This document shows, piece by piece, positions 31,682 through 45,879 of a stretch of 64,000 nt of DNA. The notes beneath the pieces were generated by a model that worked only from the letters and a program-made list of their open reading frames with translations, was not told the DNA's origin and did no database searches. Position numbers and translations under genes: made by a program. The number at the start of each line of letters is the position of its first letter. Position 1 is the first letter of the stretch. This DNA is from Takakia lepidozioides (Eukaryota; Plantae; Bryophyta). The stretch covers positions 39,370,001-39,434,000 of the forward strand of contig CM060732.1 of assembly GCA_030704615.1 (NCBI GenBank), written 5' to 3'.

Positions 31682-33697
31682 AGATCCTCCCTTCGCTGCT
31701 CCCAGCTGACATTAACAGCCTAAATTTTTTCTAGCAAACACCCCAACCCTACTTATCACTAGTTCCGATGCTGAATTGCTCCCAAGACATCAAAATGTGC
31801 TGGGAGAGAGAGCATAACAATTTCCACAAAAGCTTTGTGATGCATCTTGTTGTCTTGCTTCTCTCTGTGACATATCAGGCGTTCGCCTTTTGGCCTCGAT
31901 TAATCCACCGTCGGCTGGGGTCCAAAAAATATTCCTTCCAAACTTTCTCCTTTTCTCCGTTTTCCATTATTGGACATTTACCTGTTACCATATTGGCAAC
32001 ATGATGTCATAATCACTCCAAACCACCATAGATCCAATTGCCGGGCTAACTTACATAATTCAACACGAATAATTAGGGACGACTCTAACAACAGGATAAA
32101 ATGTGTTGAAGAAGAGGGTGTCCTCACCACATCGTCCCTGACCTTGTGGCATGAAAGCAACAAGCTTTCCTTTCACCCAAGGTGGATTCAACCAACCCTT
32201 GATCCAAAGGACCTCCTGGATGCACTGCTTGTCTCTATAGTTGGGTGATCTTGGATTGGTCTGTAAGAACCACCACGATGCAGCTGAGCATCCATAGTTT
32301 TTAACACAACCTCCTAAGACCAAGCCGACCCTCCCAAGCATATTGTAAAAACCAGGAGAAAGAACAATCATGATACTAACCGGAAGAGCCACTTCTGCAG
32401 ATGCGAAATTTTCCTTCACATCTTACATTAAGAAAGCCGGACCTTCCGGATCTTGCCATTGTGATTGTACCACCATTGTGGAGGATCTTTACAAAACTCA
32501 TGCCAGCCCTGCTCCATGCTCCAAGGTAGACCTTTGTGCCCGAAACTACTCTGACGGCATCAATACTTTGACAAGTTCCTTTATGGAGGAGTGCTAGTGT
32601 AGTTTTCAACCTCAATCATGAAAACTCATTCTGGGTTCCGTTGGACTCTACACAATGAGGAGCATGCGAACATGTCCAAACTTACACAGAGCCTAAACAA
32701 GCTTGTGCATGACAGTCACCCCTCTAACCAGGTCACTGTGAGTGATACACACTTTCATCTTCAAGTTTTGGAGGAGCTCCACCATCCACAACCCAATCAG
32801 AACCGCAATCTGAGATCTGTCCACTGTCACCAGACTGTTCTTGATCTTGTGGCATGGCAAATTAGATAATCTTTCACCTAAGGAGGATTGAACCAACCCT
32901 CAATCCACAAGACCTCTCGTATACGCTGCTGAAGTCTGTAGCCTGGAGATTTTGTATTGGGCTGTGAAAACCACCAGGGAGCAGCTGAGCAGCCACAGTT
33001 GTAACCAAGCCACAACCATCAACCCTCCCACGCAGCAGACTCCAGGGAAAAGACCTTGCGCATCCTCCTTTCATGCCCTGCTGAGGAAAAACAACCTGCC
33101 ATACTGACAGCAAGCAAACCAAGAGTCTAACTTCACTCAACCCCTAGGGATACAATCCAGCCCACACAACATTACCGTACCAGAGTTCACTCAAACTCCC
33201 TCAGACTCCTTCACATCCTACAAGAAGAAAGCTCACCTTGTCAACGATGTAGTCCCACCACTGTGAAGGATCTCCAAAGAATTCCTGCCAGCGTCGTTCC
33301 ATGCCGCTCCAGCCTTGACCTACGTGCCGGATACCAATTATCGGCCTTGTCTAACTATCCCGTGTGCTTTCATGCTTCTTTGCCAAGCGCACATTGGTTT
33401 CTACTGGATTGCTCATAACACAATTCCAAACCTGGATATAGAATGGAAAGAAACTGATATCAAAGCGTTTCCTGTTATCACCTGATTTCGGTGGCGTTGC
33501 TGAAGAAGGTTTGGAAGGCGCCATAGCCACCATGAAGAACTTCGTCCTCTCTGCGGGCATTGCCAAGGAGGAGGGAGGATCCCTCCTTCATGTAAACCAT
33601 GAGAAGCAGAAAACACCAACCGGCCCCATAAACGATCCGTATTGCACCAAAAGCAAGGGCTAACAGAGCATTTTCCCATAAATAACTCTAAGCATAT

Positions 33698-33739
33698 ATC
33701 CCATATCGTTTGCACATATGTGAAACACTGCTATATATA
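33698..33739 (+). promoter_or_regulatory. Plant snRNA Pol III promoter (USE + TATA)
   Basis: ATCCCATATCG (USE consensus RTCCCACATCG) at 33698-33708 and TATATATA at 33732-33739, about -30 from the U6 start. Confidence 0.85.
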
Positions 33740-33761
33740 CGTAAACAGAACTAGTGCAGGT

Positions 33762-33781
33762 GTCTCTTCGGAGACATCTGA

Positions 33782-33813
<32 letters not shown>

Positions 33814-33866
33814 GGCCCCTGCGTAAGGATGACACGCACAAATCGAGAAATGGTCCAAATTTTTTT
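33762..33866 (+). ncRNA. U6: U6 spliceosomal snRNA
   Basis: 5' hairpin GTCTCTTCGGAGAC, ACAGAGA box, AGC triad, internal stem-loop, ..AAATGGTCCAAA and T7 terminator; matches the plant U6 sequence. Confidence 0.97.
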
Positions 33867-34505
33867 GGGATCATGGATTTCTCGAATATTCTCAGATCCC
33901 TCCACAGAGTTCATAATTGACTTGTTTAATTCATACTCAACCATGAGAAGCAGAAACACCAACCGGCCCGATAAAACCTTACCACGACAGCGTGGTAAGC
34001 GGAGTTGAACCCCAGACTGCTAGAGTAGGGAACAGGTTCCCAGATGGAGAACACGATTTTGAACATGTACTATATGCTTGTTCTCTTCACTTCCCGCGTT
34101 TTTCAATCTCTCGCGCGTTCAGCAGAAAACCCTAGCTAACCCTAGCCCTAATCTCTCTTGAGTCCTCCTCATGGCAAGTGCGGAGCATCTCTCTGGCGGG
34201 GTGCGGATTTCAACGGGTTCAGATCAGCTGTCATTCTGCGGAATTGATCTGAAGAAGGTCAGCGGCTTCTGCTGTAGTGATGTTACCTTCGAAACTTTTT
34301 TTCTGTACAGATTCCCCTAAAATTTGAAGAAGTTGAGGCCGAACCCCTGAAGAGTGCTGAAGTAGACAGTAATATGCGCTTTGCTGACTGATGGCTTCTA
34401 TGGACCAGAATCTGTTTGTCCCAAGGCAGGCACATCATCTTTGCTGGCAATGAATACTGGGCAGAAGGGAGCGTACTGGATTGTTAGGATCCCTTGAACA
34501 TCTAT

Positions 34506-37500
34506 ATGGATTCTCCACCGGAAAGTGCGGCAGCAGCACCAGCACCAATCAGGCGATTGGAAGAAACAGTGGTGAATCGAATAGCCGCGGGGGAGGTGAT
34601 ACAAAGGCCGGCGTCAGCCTTGAAAGAGTTATTGGAGAATAGTCTGGATGCAGGGGCCACCAGCATTAGCATCGTGGTGAAAGATGGCGGTCTGAAACTC
34701 ATCCAGATCTCAGACAATGGACATGGTATTCGGGTATGCCTGGTGTATTGTCCTACTTTTAAGTTTCCTCAAGTAGGGGAAATTGTAATGGTTATAACCT
34801 ACGAGGTTATTGTCTGACAAAGTTGCAGTACACAAGCTCTATTCTCTTGCATAATACTCCAGGCTGGTTGCCGAGCTGGATAGCAATCCTTGATTGAACT
34901 GTGCACCTCATACTCCCCTATACAACTGGCGTGCATTTTATTTATAGGGGAATAGTTATAGGGAAATTCTGCGCGAAGAAAGTTGGGTTGTTCCTTTTCC
35001 TGTCTGCTGAGAGCTGGTGTCGAGGGCTTATGGTTGTTACATTAGCGCGGCGGACTTGGGATATGTTTGCAATCTAGAATGGACATATTCCACATTGATT
35101 TTGTTTTAGTTTCTAGTTTGTAGGCCTGAGGGAGTTAAAAGTGTTAATCAAGGCTCAGTTTTATGTTGTGTAATGTTAGGAATGCTGGAAGATTCTCACA
35201 ACTGCATGTACACAGGTCAGGAGCTTGGGAACAAATATCTCACATGCTAAAAATAATTTTGTCGAGGGCCAAACATGTTGAAGTACAAAAAACACTAATC
35301 TACTAGAGTTAAGTTTGGGTCTGGGGATTGCTTCAATGATGGTGTTGGGAGTCATGGCCCATGTCGTCAGCTGTAAGCTACTGGAAATAGGAGTATACCG
35401 CTGAACTGTCTTTCTGATTTTGCAGAGTGAGGATTTACCAATCCTGTGTGAGAGGCACACAACATCAAAGCTGCGAGACTTTGAGGACCTGCAGACCATT
35501 AGCACATTGGGCTTCAGGGGTGAGGCGTTGGCCAGTATTACATTTGTGGCACATCTCAGTGTCACCACCATGACTGAGGGAAAAGCCCATGGTTACAAGT
35601 ATGTGAAGCTGCTCAACCATACCTTGAAAGTTTCCTTGAATCTAAGAATCTGAATCAGGACGAGGTCATCAGCTTTATCTACTGCAAGCATATTCTGATG
35701 CATTTATTTGTTTCTCTGGCTGCCTGTCTATCTGTCTGTCTGTCTAGGTCACTTTCCTCTTGTACTCATTTAATTGGGTTAGGTCTGTGCCTACTGCACA
35801 TACAATGCACACTCTCTCAATCCTCAACCGTCCAAGACCGCAATTCTCCACGCCAGATCTGGTTGGTGGTTGGTATCTTGATACCAATGACCAGTTCCCC
35901 TTTATCGCATTGAATTGGTTGATTTGCTGTCCTTGTGGCAGGGTAACTTACAAGGATGGAAAGATGGAGGGAGAGCCTCGTCCTTGTGCAGCAGTCAAGG
36001 GGACTCAGATCATGGTGGGTATAATCAAGATTATGCTCTAGGCTGGGGTGGTTCATATCAATCTCAGTCTATTTGCATGGTTGATGCTTTATCTAAAATG
36101 GGCTTCATTCCACAGTAAGGATACTCAACTGTCTTGATGTATCTGCAGGTAGAAAATCTCTTCTACAATGTGGCTGCTCGGAGGAAATCTTTCAATAATC
36201 CTAATGAAGAGTATGGCCGCATCCTGGATGTAGTGAGCCGCTACGCCATACACAAGATTGGTGTGAGCTTCTCTTGCAAAAAGGTTTGTATTTTGCTGTG
36301 GTTTTCCAGTGATCTTCCTCCCTTTCTCCCACCTGCTGCTGCTTTGAGAGCTATGCAGTTTCTCATCATATTGATAAGAGTCTACTATCTCAGCATGGTG
36401 ACAGCCGGGCAGACATGCACACAGTGGGGTCGTCATCACAAACAGATTCAATCAGGGCTGTCTATGGCCCAGGGGTTGCACGTGAGCTCACTGCTCTCTC
36501 CGTGTCTGATGATGACCCATTGCGCTCCACATTCAAGATGGATGGATACATCTCTAGTGCCAATTACAGCTCAAAGCGAACTATCATGGTTCTCTTCATC
36601 AATGGTATGGTTTCAACTCATGCTCTTATCATGTAGGACTTGTGATTGTTGTCGTCAGTGTTGTTCTTGTGACATGTGTTTTTGACCCACAGAACAGAGT
36701 CATTGGTTGAAAGGATGCAACTTTCTCATGTGCTTTAGTTCCAAATATGAATGAAAGCTGTCACAGATCATTTATTTGCAAGGTTGAGCTTTGGAGAGTT
36801 GGGGTCTCCCACATATCCCAGAGGTCTTCACCAGTGCGATGTAAAGACTTCAGATAAATTTAAAGAATTTTGCCAAACCAGCATTATATCAAGAGATCTG
36901 GCTTGCGAAGATTGGCTAGGATGTTATTAGGTATGTAAATTTTTGGCAGTAGATTCTACTTTGGTTGCTAAACGATCACAATGGTCGAATTTCAATTTTC
37001 CCAGTGTCTGTCCGTGTGTGAAGGTACTTGGCTAAATATATCTTGATCTATTGCATTGTCCAGACTAGCCCTCGAGTGTGTCGTCGATGTTATGGCAGAG
37101 AGAGGTGATGTCTGACAACCAATTATTATCCAAGTTCTTAGCGGCATCTAGTCAACTCTCCCCTACTACAAGGAAGTGGAACAAAGCTGCTATTGAGCAC
37201 GCCTCCTCTTTGTGAATTGAATCTGGAAGTGGTTCATCATTTGTTTGCAGACCGGTTGGTGGAGTGTGGGGTACTTAAAAAGGCCATTGAGGTGGTGTAT
37301 GGCACAATCCTCCCGAAGGCTTCTAAGCCATTCATCTACATGTCCATTTGGCTGCCCACTGAACATGTCGATGTTAATGTGCACCCCACAAAGCGAGAGG
37401 TAATGATTTCTCTCTTTTGACTCAAACCTCCTAGTGGGTACATGGGAGTTTGACAGTAGTGTGGGCCCCTGATAACTATAGAGAAATTGCTGAAGACAGT

Positions 37501-40500
37501 TGCCTGTAAATGCTGGGTATAGTGATGCCTGAGGCTGCCAAATCTACCTCCTCTGTAGACTATCATGGGCTTTTCATCTCCAAGAATATGAAACTCATCC
37601 AAACTTATGACCGTGACCATTACAATCCTATTGCTTCTAATCAATTGTTGATTGCCATCAGCGTAGAACCCTAAAGTTGCTTTCATCATTGCTGACAAAT
37701 GTGGCGATGATGGCACTTCCAGTTGCATTGCAGTTAGAGGAGGGCAGTATGTAGTCCACTGGTTTAGCTGGGATGTGGTGCATGTGGTGATGACTGCACT
37801 GTCTGTCACAGTAGTAGCACAGTATAGTGCGGGGGCAGGTTGGCAGAGGGAGAGGGACACACAGATAGGGATATTAAGAAGGGAATCTAGGAATCAAGAG
37901 GACTTCAGAGAAGAGCTGAAGTGGACTATGGACTTCGTCATTCTTATGTGGCCTACTGTCCATCTTACACACTCTCTTACTGTGGGTGTTTGCAGGTGAG
38001 TTTTTTAAATCAGGAGAGCCTGGTGGATACCATTCAACAAGCAGTTGAAGCAAAATTGTTGGAGTCCAACAACACAAGGAGTTTCCGTACCCAGGTCTGT
38101 AAAGGGCTGTTTCTGGAATTTAGATTGTACTCACAAGACGTTGTTTGCCGTAGCCTTGTGGCCATTGACCCCGCACCCAGTTTGAGCGGGAACAAAAGGG
38201 ACAGAACCTACCTCTGTCAGGGGCTGACGTTGGTAGTAAGACTTACCTCCATATAAAGAATTAATCCGGGTTTTCCAGATATCCTCTAGAAATCCCTTCA
38301 CACAAGCATCAATCTGCTGTGTGTGATTTGCCCAAAAACTAGGCCTCAGGAGGGCCTGGGCTTTTGGCTCAGCCTCGAGACTTTCAAAGTTGGTAAACAG
38401 GGGTACAGGCACAATTCCCTTGATAGATTTGAAGAGAGCGTCTCTTTGGTGAGAGAACCCCGGACAGTGTATCAGAAAATGAATACTGTCTTCAGATTGC
38501 CCACACAACGGGCAATTGCACTCTCCCTTTCCTCTCTGCTTCTGTTTGCTGTTCAAAGGTAGGCTTCCTGCCCTGAGTTTAAATTTCAGTCTAGTGCCGA
38601 GAGTGGGTAGACCCTTGAGGTCATCCAAGATGTCCTCCCCCATGTCACAGACTGGAAACAAGTTCAGGGAAGTTTTCTGCATAACTTCATTTTCATCAGA
38701 CAATCTCATGGCAACAGACATGGCTGAGGACACTACAGCCTCTAAGTCAGATTTATCCAGCAGGGTCAAGACTTGCGGATCCAGGTCCAGGTCCTTGAGG
38801 ATCTCTTCTACTCTCTTCTGCCAGGACTTAGCCTGTTTGACAGGGCGGTCCCGTTTCCAAGATATAGAGTCGATTAATTTAGGATATCTGGTGTTGGGCA
38901 TATGTTGCAGCTGACCCCACCATCTGACCTTGAATTCATCTCGTCGGGAGCTTAAGGACGGAATGCCAAACTCACCCCGAACAGCCACATTGGCTGTTTT
39001 GGAGCATGCTGACATACACTCCTTAAGCACCCCCACTTGAATGGATTCTAGAGACTTAGCCTGGTTGGAGTTATCAACCCATATAGCAGATCCGTACTCC
39101 AAGGCAGGTCTAATAACGCGACAAAGCATGGTTTTCTTAACCTCAGAGTTGACCCCTCTGCAGTGGAAAAATTTAGTGAGCCCCAGAGCTTTGCCTTGCC
39201 AGTCTGAACAACTTTCCGGATATGTGCATCCCAATTACAATTGGAGGTGAACTCAACGCCCAGGTAAGTGTAGGAAGGGAGGACCGGGATCTCTTGGCTA
39301 CCCCACTGCCACTTAAGATCACTTCCTCCCTCTCCTCTGTCGTTGAATGCTACCACTGCACATATGCTGACATTAGCCTCTAGCCCCCAAAGATCAAAGT
39401 ATCTCTTCGCGCAATCAATCAACTCCTGGAGATTGGTTGGAGTCTCCCCTATGCCTGCGAAGTCATCCGCAAACATAAGGGCTGGTATGGTGGTATCACC
39501 CACCCTTAACCCAAATCCCTCACTTTCCACATCCTCGAGGAGTTGATTGATGAAAACATTGAAGAGCAGAGGGGAGAGAGTACATCCTTGAGCTACACCT
39601 TGGTCTATGTCAAAGAAGTTGGACTTCTGTCCGTTAACAGTGACACAGCTTTTGGTGTGAGCATACAAGTTGTGGACAACTCTCCACATCTTTCCCTTGA
39701 TCCCACAAGACCAGAGGCGGAACCATAGGCCATCTCTCCACACTGTGTCATAAGCCTTTTTGACATCCAGGAAAAAGACATAAGTGGGTTTCCCTTCTTT
39801 TTTCCTTCCCTGGATAATCTGGCTTAGAGTGAAGATATGATCCACACAGCCCCTGTTTCGCCGAAAGCCAGCTTGGCCTTCGTGGAAACAACCTCTAGAC
39901 TCCAGATCAACCTCGAGACGAGTACTTATAACTCTGCAGAATGTCTTGCCAACAGCATTGAGGAGAGTGATGCCACGGTAGTTCCCCGGTTCTTCTCTGT
40001 CACCCTTCTTGTATAGATTGACAATGACCCCCCGTCGCCAGCGAAAGGGGATCATTTCAGTCTTCCAGATAAGGTTAAAGAGGAGAACTAGGGCCTCTAT
40101 CATGGGATCGCCACCGTGCTTGATAAGCTCGTTGACAATACCATCAGGTCCACCAGCTTTATATCCATTTAAATGTTCAATTGCTTCCACAATCTCAGAA
40201 GAACTAATGGGAGCATTATAAGCCATTGAAATATACTCCAGTTCATCAGGGCTGTTTTGAATCATAGGAACAGTTTTTCCAACTGTGTCCCTCCATTCAG
40301 CAGAAGACCCCTCACTGTTAGACCTAGAAGTTCTGCCAAGGATACTGTAGTGAGTTTCAAAGGTTTTGACAATGTCAACCGATGAAGTCACCACTGCACC
40401 TTTAGTAGTCTTCAGCGCTTGTACTTGCTGACCGTTTTTCGGTTTGTACAAACGTTGAAGGGCCAACCAGAATTTCTTGTCATTACCACCATGGTTGTTT

Positions 40501-43500
40501 GAGTTTATTTCACTGTATAACTTGTCCCAGTATAATTTCTTCTGAGACCTAACAAGCTGATTGATATCTTTACGGAGCTGGTAGTACCTCGCCCACAATT
40601 CTCTGTTGGTTTCCAAATTGCAGCACTCTTTATAGAGGGCTCGTCTCTCAGCTATCTTGAGTTTCTGGAATTTAGAGTACTTGCAGTGGTGACTAGTTTG
40701 GCTCTGGGCATTGTGTGCTTTTGCCATAATTGTTTGTCCAAATTTAAAATTACGTGGCTTTCAACTGAGGCATATCTTTATGGTCAGAGGTGTTTGCTAT
40801 TGTTGATATACATGTATATTTGGGTGGTGTAGACTTTGCTCCCAGGTGCTTCCATCGTGCCAGATCAAATAGAAGGGAGTAGTTCGCCCCAGCCCGCACC
40901 AGGTGATTCCAGACCAGACGATCTAACATGAACAAACTTGGTGTATGCAAGACTAGGGAAAAGTTACTCAACCCAGATTTTTTCCCAAGTAAAGAGCTTG
41001 GTTGTCCATCACTATATTGGGAATGCGCACCCTCCAAGTGGGGCACTACCTGCAAGGGGGAATAGGCTCTTACCTATATTTACTTGGGTTGGTGTCGTCT
41101 CTCTCTCCTTATTGGGAATGTCCCAGAACTATTTCACAAAACTATGGAATCAAGTCAGAATGGTTTGTAACTAGGAGACTTGCTAAAAATTGTCCTTACT
41201 GTTGTCTTCTGAGGCCTCATGATCAAGTTTTAATGAACGCAATGAGTGACACATGGTCAACACATGTCTGACATGTTTTTAATCCGTAGAGAGCATGAAG
41301 TTTTCTATCGCATCATATTCTGTGCTAGTAAGACCTCAGTACCTTTCCTTATTGAGAGATTCTTAATTGTTAACATAGACATACATGCATGCATGAACAA
41401 TTTAAGGGCTGCAGCCTGATGTTCTTGTTGACGTTGACTTGTTGGTTGGCAGCCTCTCAGAAAGCACCAGTCAGAAAATTGGTACGGACAGATTCATTGA
41501 ATCCAGCAGGCAGGCTGCATGCATTTCTGCACAAGAAGAAGAATGTTGGTCCTAGCTCCTCAGAAACTGAGAATGAGCTGGCAGCAACAAGGTACCTTCC
41601 TCAGAGTAGACAAGGGTTTTATTCTAAGGAGATGTGCTCTCAAAGGACGGCGAATAGTTCTTGAATGAGACATTTGGAAGGGTGCATCTGTACTAGCGGG
41701 TAGGAACATGGTGCAGGTAGCCAGCCACCCCTATGTATGATGCAAGTAGTCATCTCCATAAAACCTGGGAAGTACATCACTTTGCAATTCCTCTCTGTGA
41801 TTACAATTGGATTTCCTTCCGACTGCTGGCATTATATTCCAACTCCAACTATCAGATTCATCATGATTGGAGTGTACATGATTGAGAGCCATGTCCATGC
41901 TATATGTTGTAATGGCTGTGGGATTGTTGTAGGCGGGTTGTGAGGCAGCGGCGTAATCCCAAGGAAAGTGCAGATCTCACAAGCGTTCAAGAGCTGGTGG
42001 CTGCCATTGATCGCCAGACTCACACTGGTGAACCATCTTAGTAGAGTTCTTGCATTGCAGTCTTTCACAAATCCATGCAACCTTTTGAAGAGACACAGAG
42101 ACAGATGTACTCACTGACTATACCCTGCAATTGTTGTCTATGACGTATATCAGGATATTAGTTTTTCCGAGGCCAGTCCCTGGGTTCGTATCCGCCAGTG
42201 TAAGAAAACTGAGCTCCAACACAGAAGATGACAGTAATTCAGGGGCTGGCATCCACTGTGTGTTGGAGCACAAGTTGATTTCAGCAATCCACACTTAACC
42301 CTTCAATGAACCCTACCTTTCAGTCTCACACTTAGTACCTTTGACAGCACAATGAGCCACACTAGAGGGAAGTTCTTTGGTGAACCATAACAGGAACAAT
42401 TCCAAGTCCCCATTTGTTGGTTTTATGATAACTCTTGTAGGCTTTTTGGGGGGCGCATTGGCAGGCCTCATGGACATTGTCAAGCACTGCATGTATGTGG
42501 GCATGGCGGATGATTTGCTATCATTGGCACAATATAAGACGCGCCTTTATGTTTTGAACATTGTCAACCTCAGGTAGTTCCTTTCCAGACGTTTTTGTAC
42601 ATCTAAGCAGCCAATATGACTGTCTGTGTAATTGACTTGGTTCAGTCTATGCACACTTCTTTATGGAGTAGTAAAGTGGGCACAAAGACTTGGCTGGACA
42701 TTGGAGTCTCGTACGGAACTCCATAATGTTTGACTGGTTTTTCAGAAATCTGGATTTCGTAGGCATGCCAAGGAGTTTTAGCTTTCAGGACTTTCCACAG
42801 AAATTGTCAGGGAATTCCTTGTAAGAATCTGAGGGACGTATTCACTGTTTGATCCCCAACCGCAGTTATATCTAGAGGTCTACCCTAGGTCTTAAGCAGA
42901 CGTTAATTTTTCAAAGCAAGAATAAACTAGTTTGCTGTCATGTTTGGGCTCCGCAAAAAGATGGCAATCCTCTTTTCTAAGAACTTGGCCGTGCGGCTTG
43001 TACCCCTTGCATTTAGTATCTTCGATTGCTGGTCTTGCTATCTGATTGTTTATAGATCTTGTGGCCCACGGTTGCAGTAAAGAACTGGTGTACCAGCAAG
43101 TTCTGCGTAGGTTTGCCCATTTCAACGCAGTGCGCCTCAGCAACCCTGCCCCTCTGTATGACCTTCTCTTGCTGGCATTAGATGAAGAGGAATGCGCAGG
43201 CCGGTGGCATGAGAGCGATGGACCCAAAGATCAAATTGCGAAGGTGAACTTTTTCTCCCTTAAGGCCCCTGTGTATGCTAAAGTTCGTCTTTCTTTCTCT
43301 GTTTCTCCCACATTTCTACTTCTTGGAAGCAAGACGGTCGTGTGAAACAGGTTAAGTCCTGGCAGAAAAGGATAGAGGAGATTTTGGAGTATCTGAATCT
43401 GAATCCAGAAGAACTGACCCTGCGTTGATTTGGAGGCTGAAGTGTCAAAGGCTATGTCAGAAGCATGAAGAATGTCTGAACAAAATGAAGTTACGCATAT

Positions 43501-45879
43501 AACTTCCCTGGACTTGTTTCCAGTCTGTGATATGGATGAGGACCTTAAGGATAACCTAAGGGGCCTACCTACCCTTGGCGCTAGACTGAAATTTAAACTC
43601 AGGGTGGGGAGTCTATCTTTGAAAGATGAACAGATGCAGAGAGGAAAGGGACAATGTCAATGCCCAATGGTCGGGCAGCCTGAAGACAATATCCATTTTC
43701 TGATATGTACAGGGTATTTCTCATCAGAGAGTGACCCTCTTCAACTACAACAAGAACATAGTCTATGCACTTCTGCTCACCATCTTTCAAAGTCTCATGG
43801 CTGAGCCTAAAGCCCTGGCCCCTGTTGGGATCTAATTGCTGGGCAGATCACACACAGCAGGTTGATGCTTGTGTGAAGGGCTTTCTTGAGAAATCTGGAA
43901 AGCCCGAACAAATTGTGTATATCCCGGTAATTCCCATTACTGGAGTAAGCCCCTCAAAAAGTAGTGTATATTCCCATTTGTTCTGCCCAAACTGGGCACG
44001 GGGTTATAGCCACAAGGCAACAGAAAACGTCTTACGAGTACATTCTCTTTCTCCCGTATCCATTCAATTAGCTCCCTCTAACTGGATTATTCTCACCTGG
44101 GCTATCGGAACTTCAGTCAGAGGGTGAATCTCCAGAACTCATATTGAGGTTTAGGATTCATTATGCTCTAGATGGTATAATGTAGTCTATATTTACTGAA
44201 AATCATGATCAATGCCTAGAATACATCCTTTCAATCCTCAGCACAGGGCTTTATGACTGTCTGGCTAGGAAAGCAAGTCCAACACATCTCTCGTTCATCT
44301 CAGTAGGAAGCCTCTTATAATGGTCACCTCAGACAAGTTACTAACTGGTGATGTGTAAATGGGTTTCTTTGGGTGCAGTTGAATGTGGAATTGCTGAAGT
44401 GCAAGGCTGAGATGCTTCGTGAATATTTTTCCCTTGATATTGATGACGAGGGAAATCTGTGTACGCTGCCATTGGTTCTTGACCAATACACACCTGACAT
44501 GGACCGCCTTCCTCAATTTATTTTGAACCTAGGTAACAATGTAAGTGGTTACTAAATCAGTGCTAAATCCGTTGAGAGTTGATTTGATGATCCATTTGTT
44601 TTTTATCAATTGTTGCGGCAGGAGGGTATTGATTTGGGCCGGATTTTCTGGAGGTGAGGGTCTCCTGTGTCAAATTTTCCTCAGTAAATCCTCTCACCTC
44701 CCTCACTTGCCCTGTGTGTAGAATCTGAGGGCGTAATATTGTAGAGTTTCCACACAGCACTCGTCACACTTGGGAGTGATTTCTCCGCCATCATTACTCT
44801 CTAAAGAGGTGGCTCGGTGCTTTTGAAGTTCATCAGGCATCTCTGTGGAAGATATTGCTCTGATCAAGGTCTTTTCTTGGTATGTCAGGTTGACTGGGAA
44901 ACGGAGAGGGAATGTTTTGAGTCATTTGCAGCTGCCATAGCTGATTTTTATGCAATGCATCCTCCTCTGCTGCCAAATCCAGATGGAGAGGAGGGCTCTC
45001 AATTTTACCATGTGGGAAAACCCAAGCAGACACTAGAGGCTGGTATGTGAACACGCCCCCATTTGTTGGTCTGGGCACAGAAATGGATGGGACATATATA
45101 GCACTGTGATTCAAATGGGTTGCTCTCAGGGCACTTGGGCACACTGTTGGTGGTCTTGGGTTTATTACAAGCTCAGTTGTGAAACAATCTGCAAGACCAA
45201 CCTTGGCCCATGGCCTATGCTGGAGCTGCACTACGTTATCCACAGAGATGCTGGGGTGGAGGCGGTTACCTCACCTCGAGGGTACTCAAATCTCTAGGGA
45301 TGCTTGTACAGAGTGAAGAAATCTTCGTGTTTATGTGGTTCATGCAGGTTGAAGCTGTTTGGTTCTCTAGAGTTGAAGGCAGGAATAGCAAGTCAACTTT
45401 GTCTAGTCAGGAACCAGGATAAAGTGCCAAATACTGTGATAATTTTGCCAGGTGAACCTGGGGGAACTCCTAAATGGGCTGTTCATGAGGAAATGGAGAT
45501 GGAGAGTGAGCTGCGAGCAGAGGCTGAGACTGCATGGGCACAGAGAGAGTGGACTATTCAACATGTTCTGTTTCCAGCAATGAAATTGTTTCTCAAGCCT
45601 CCAAATCACATGGCAAATGATGGTACTGCGATTCAGGTGCGTTTGAAGTGGGCATCAAAACCATCATAATTTTCTGATGTAAATCAGGCAATGGAGGTGG
45701 TTCCAAGTTGAGCTCTGAATCAATACCCTGAAGATAGTAGAAAGTCAATCACCAGACAATGTCAGCAAGTGGGGAGCCAGATGATGCTCCGGTTGGCATG
45801 GATCTAACTATTTGGAGGCGATTGTGGGTAACAGATAGCATGTCTTGAGAATCTCTACAAAATTTTCGAGCGGTGCTGA
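34506..45879 (+). CDS. MLH1: DNA mismatch repair protein MLH1 (16 exons, apparently intact)
   Basis: Exons 34506-34733, 35426-35598, 35942-36014, 36149-36283, 36394-36604, 37251-37399, 37996-38094, 40833-40902, 41453-41591, 41933-42027, 42465-42573, 43078-43243, 44379-44540, 44889-~45042, 45452-45636, 45835-45879. Motifs: [42 protein letters not shown], and the C-terminal LYKIFERC diagnostic of MLH1. Telo-box-like AAACCCTA upstream at ~34127. Confidence 0.97.
38125..40730 (-). mobile_element. 5'-truncated RTE-X-like LINE in MLH1 intron 7 (antisense), nearly intact RT
   Basis: ORFs 39048-40727 and 38131-39234 joined by one frameshift (~39190). Motifs [41 protein letters not shown] and C-terminal [14 protein letters not shown]. 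No poly-A. Confidence 0.92.
43345..44045 (+). mobile_element. Degraded 3' fragment of the same LINE family in MLH1 intron 12 (sense)
   Basis: Translation [42 protein letters not shown] matches the 38131-38845 element. Confidence 0.9.
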
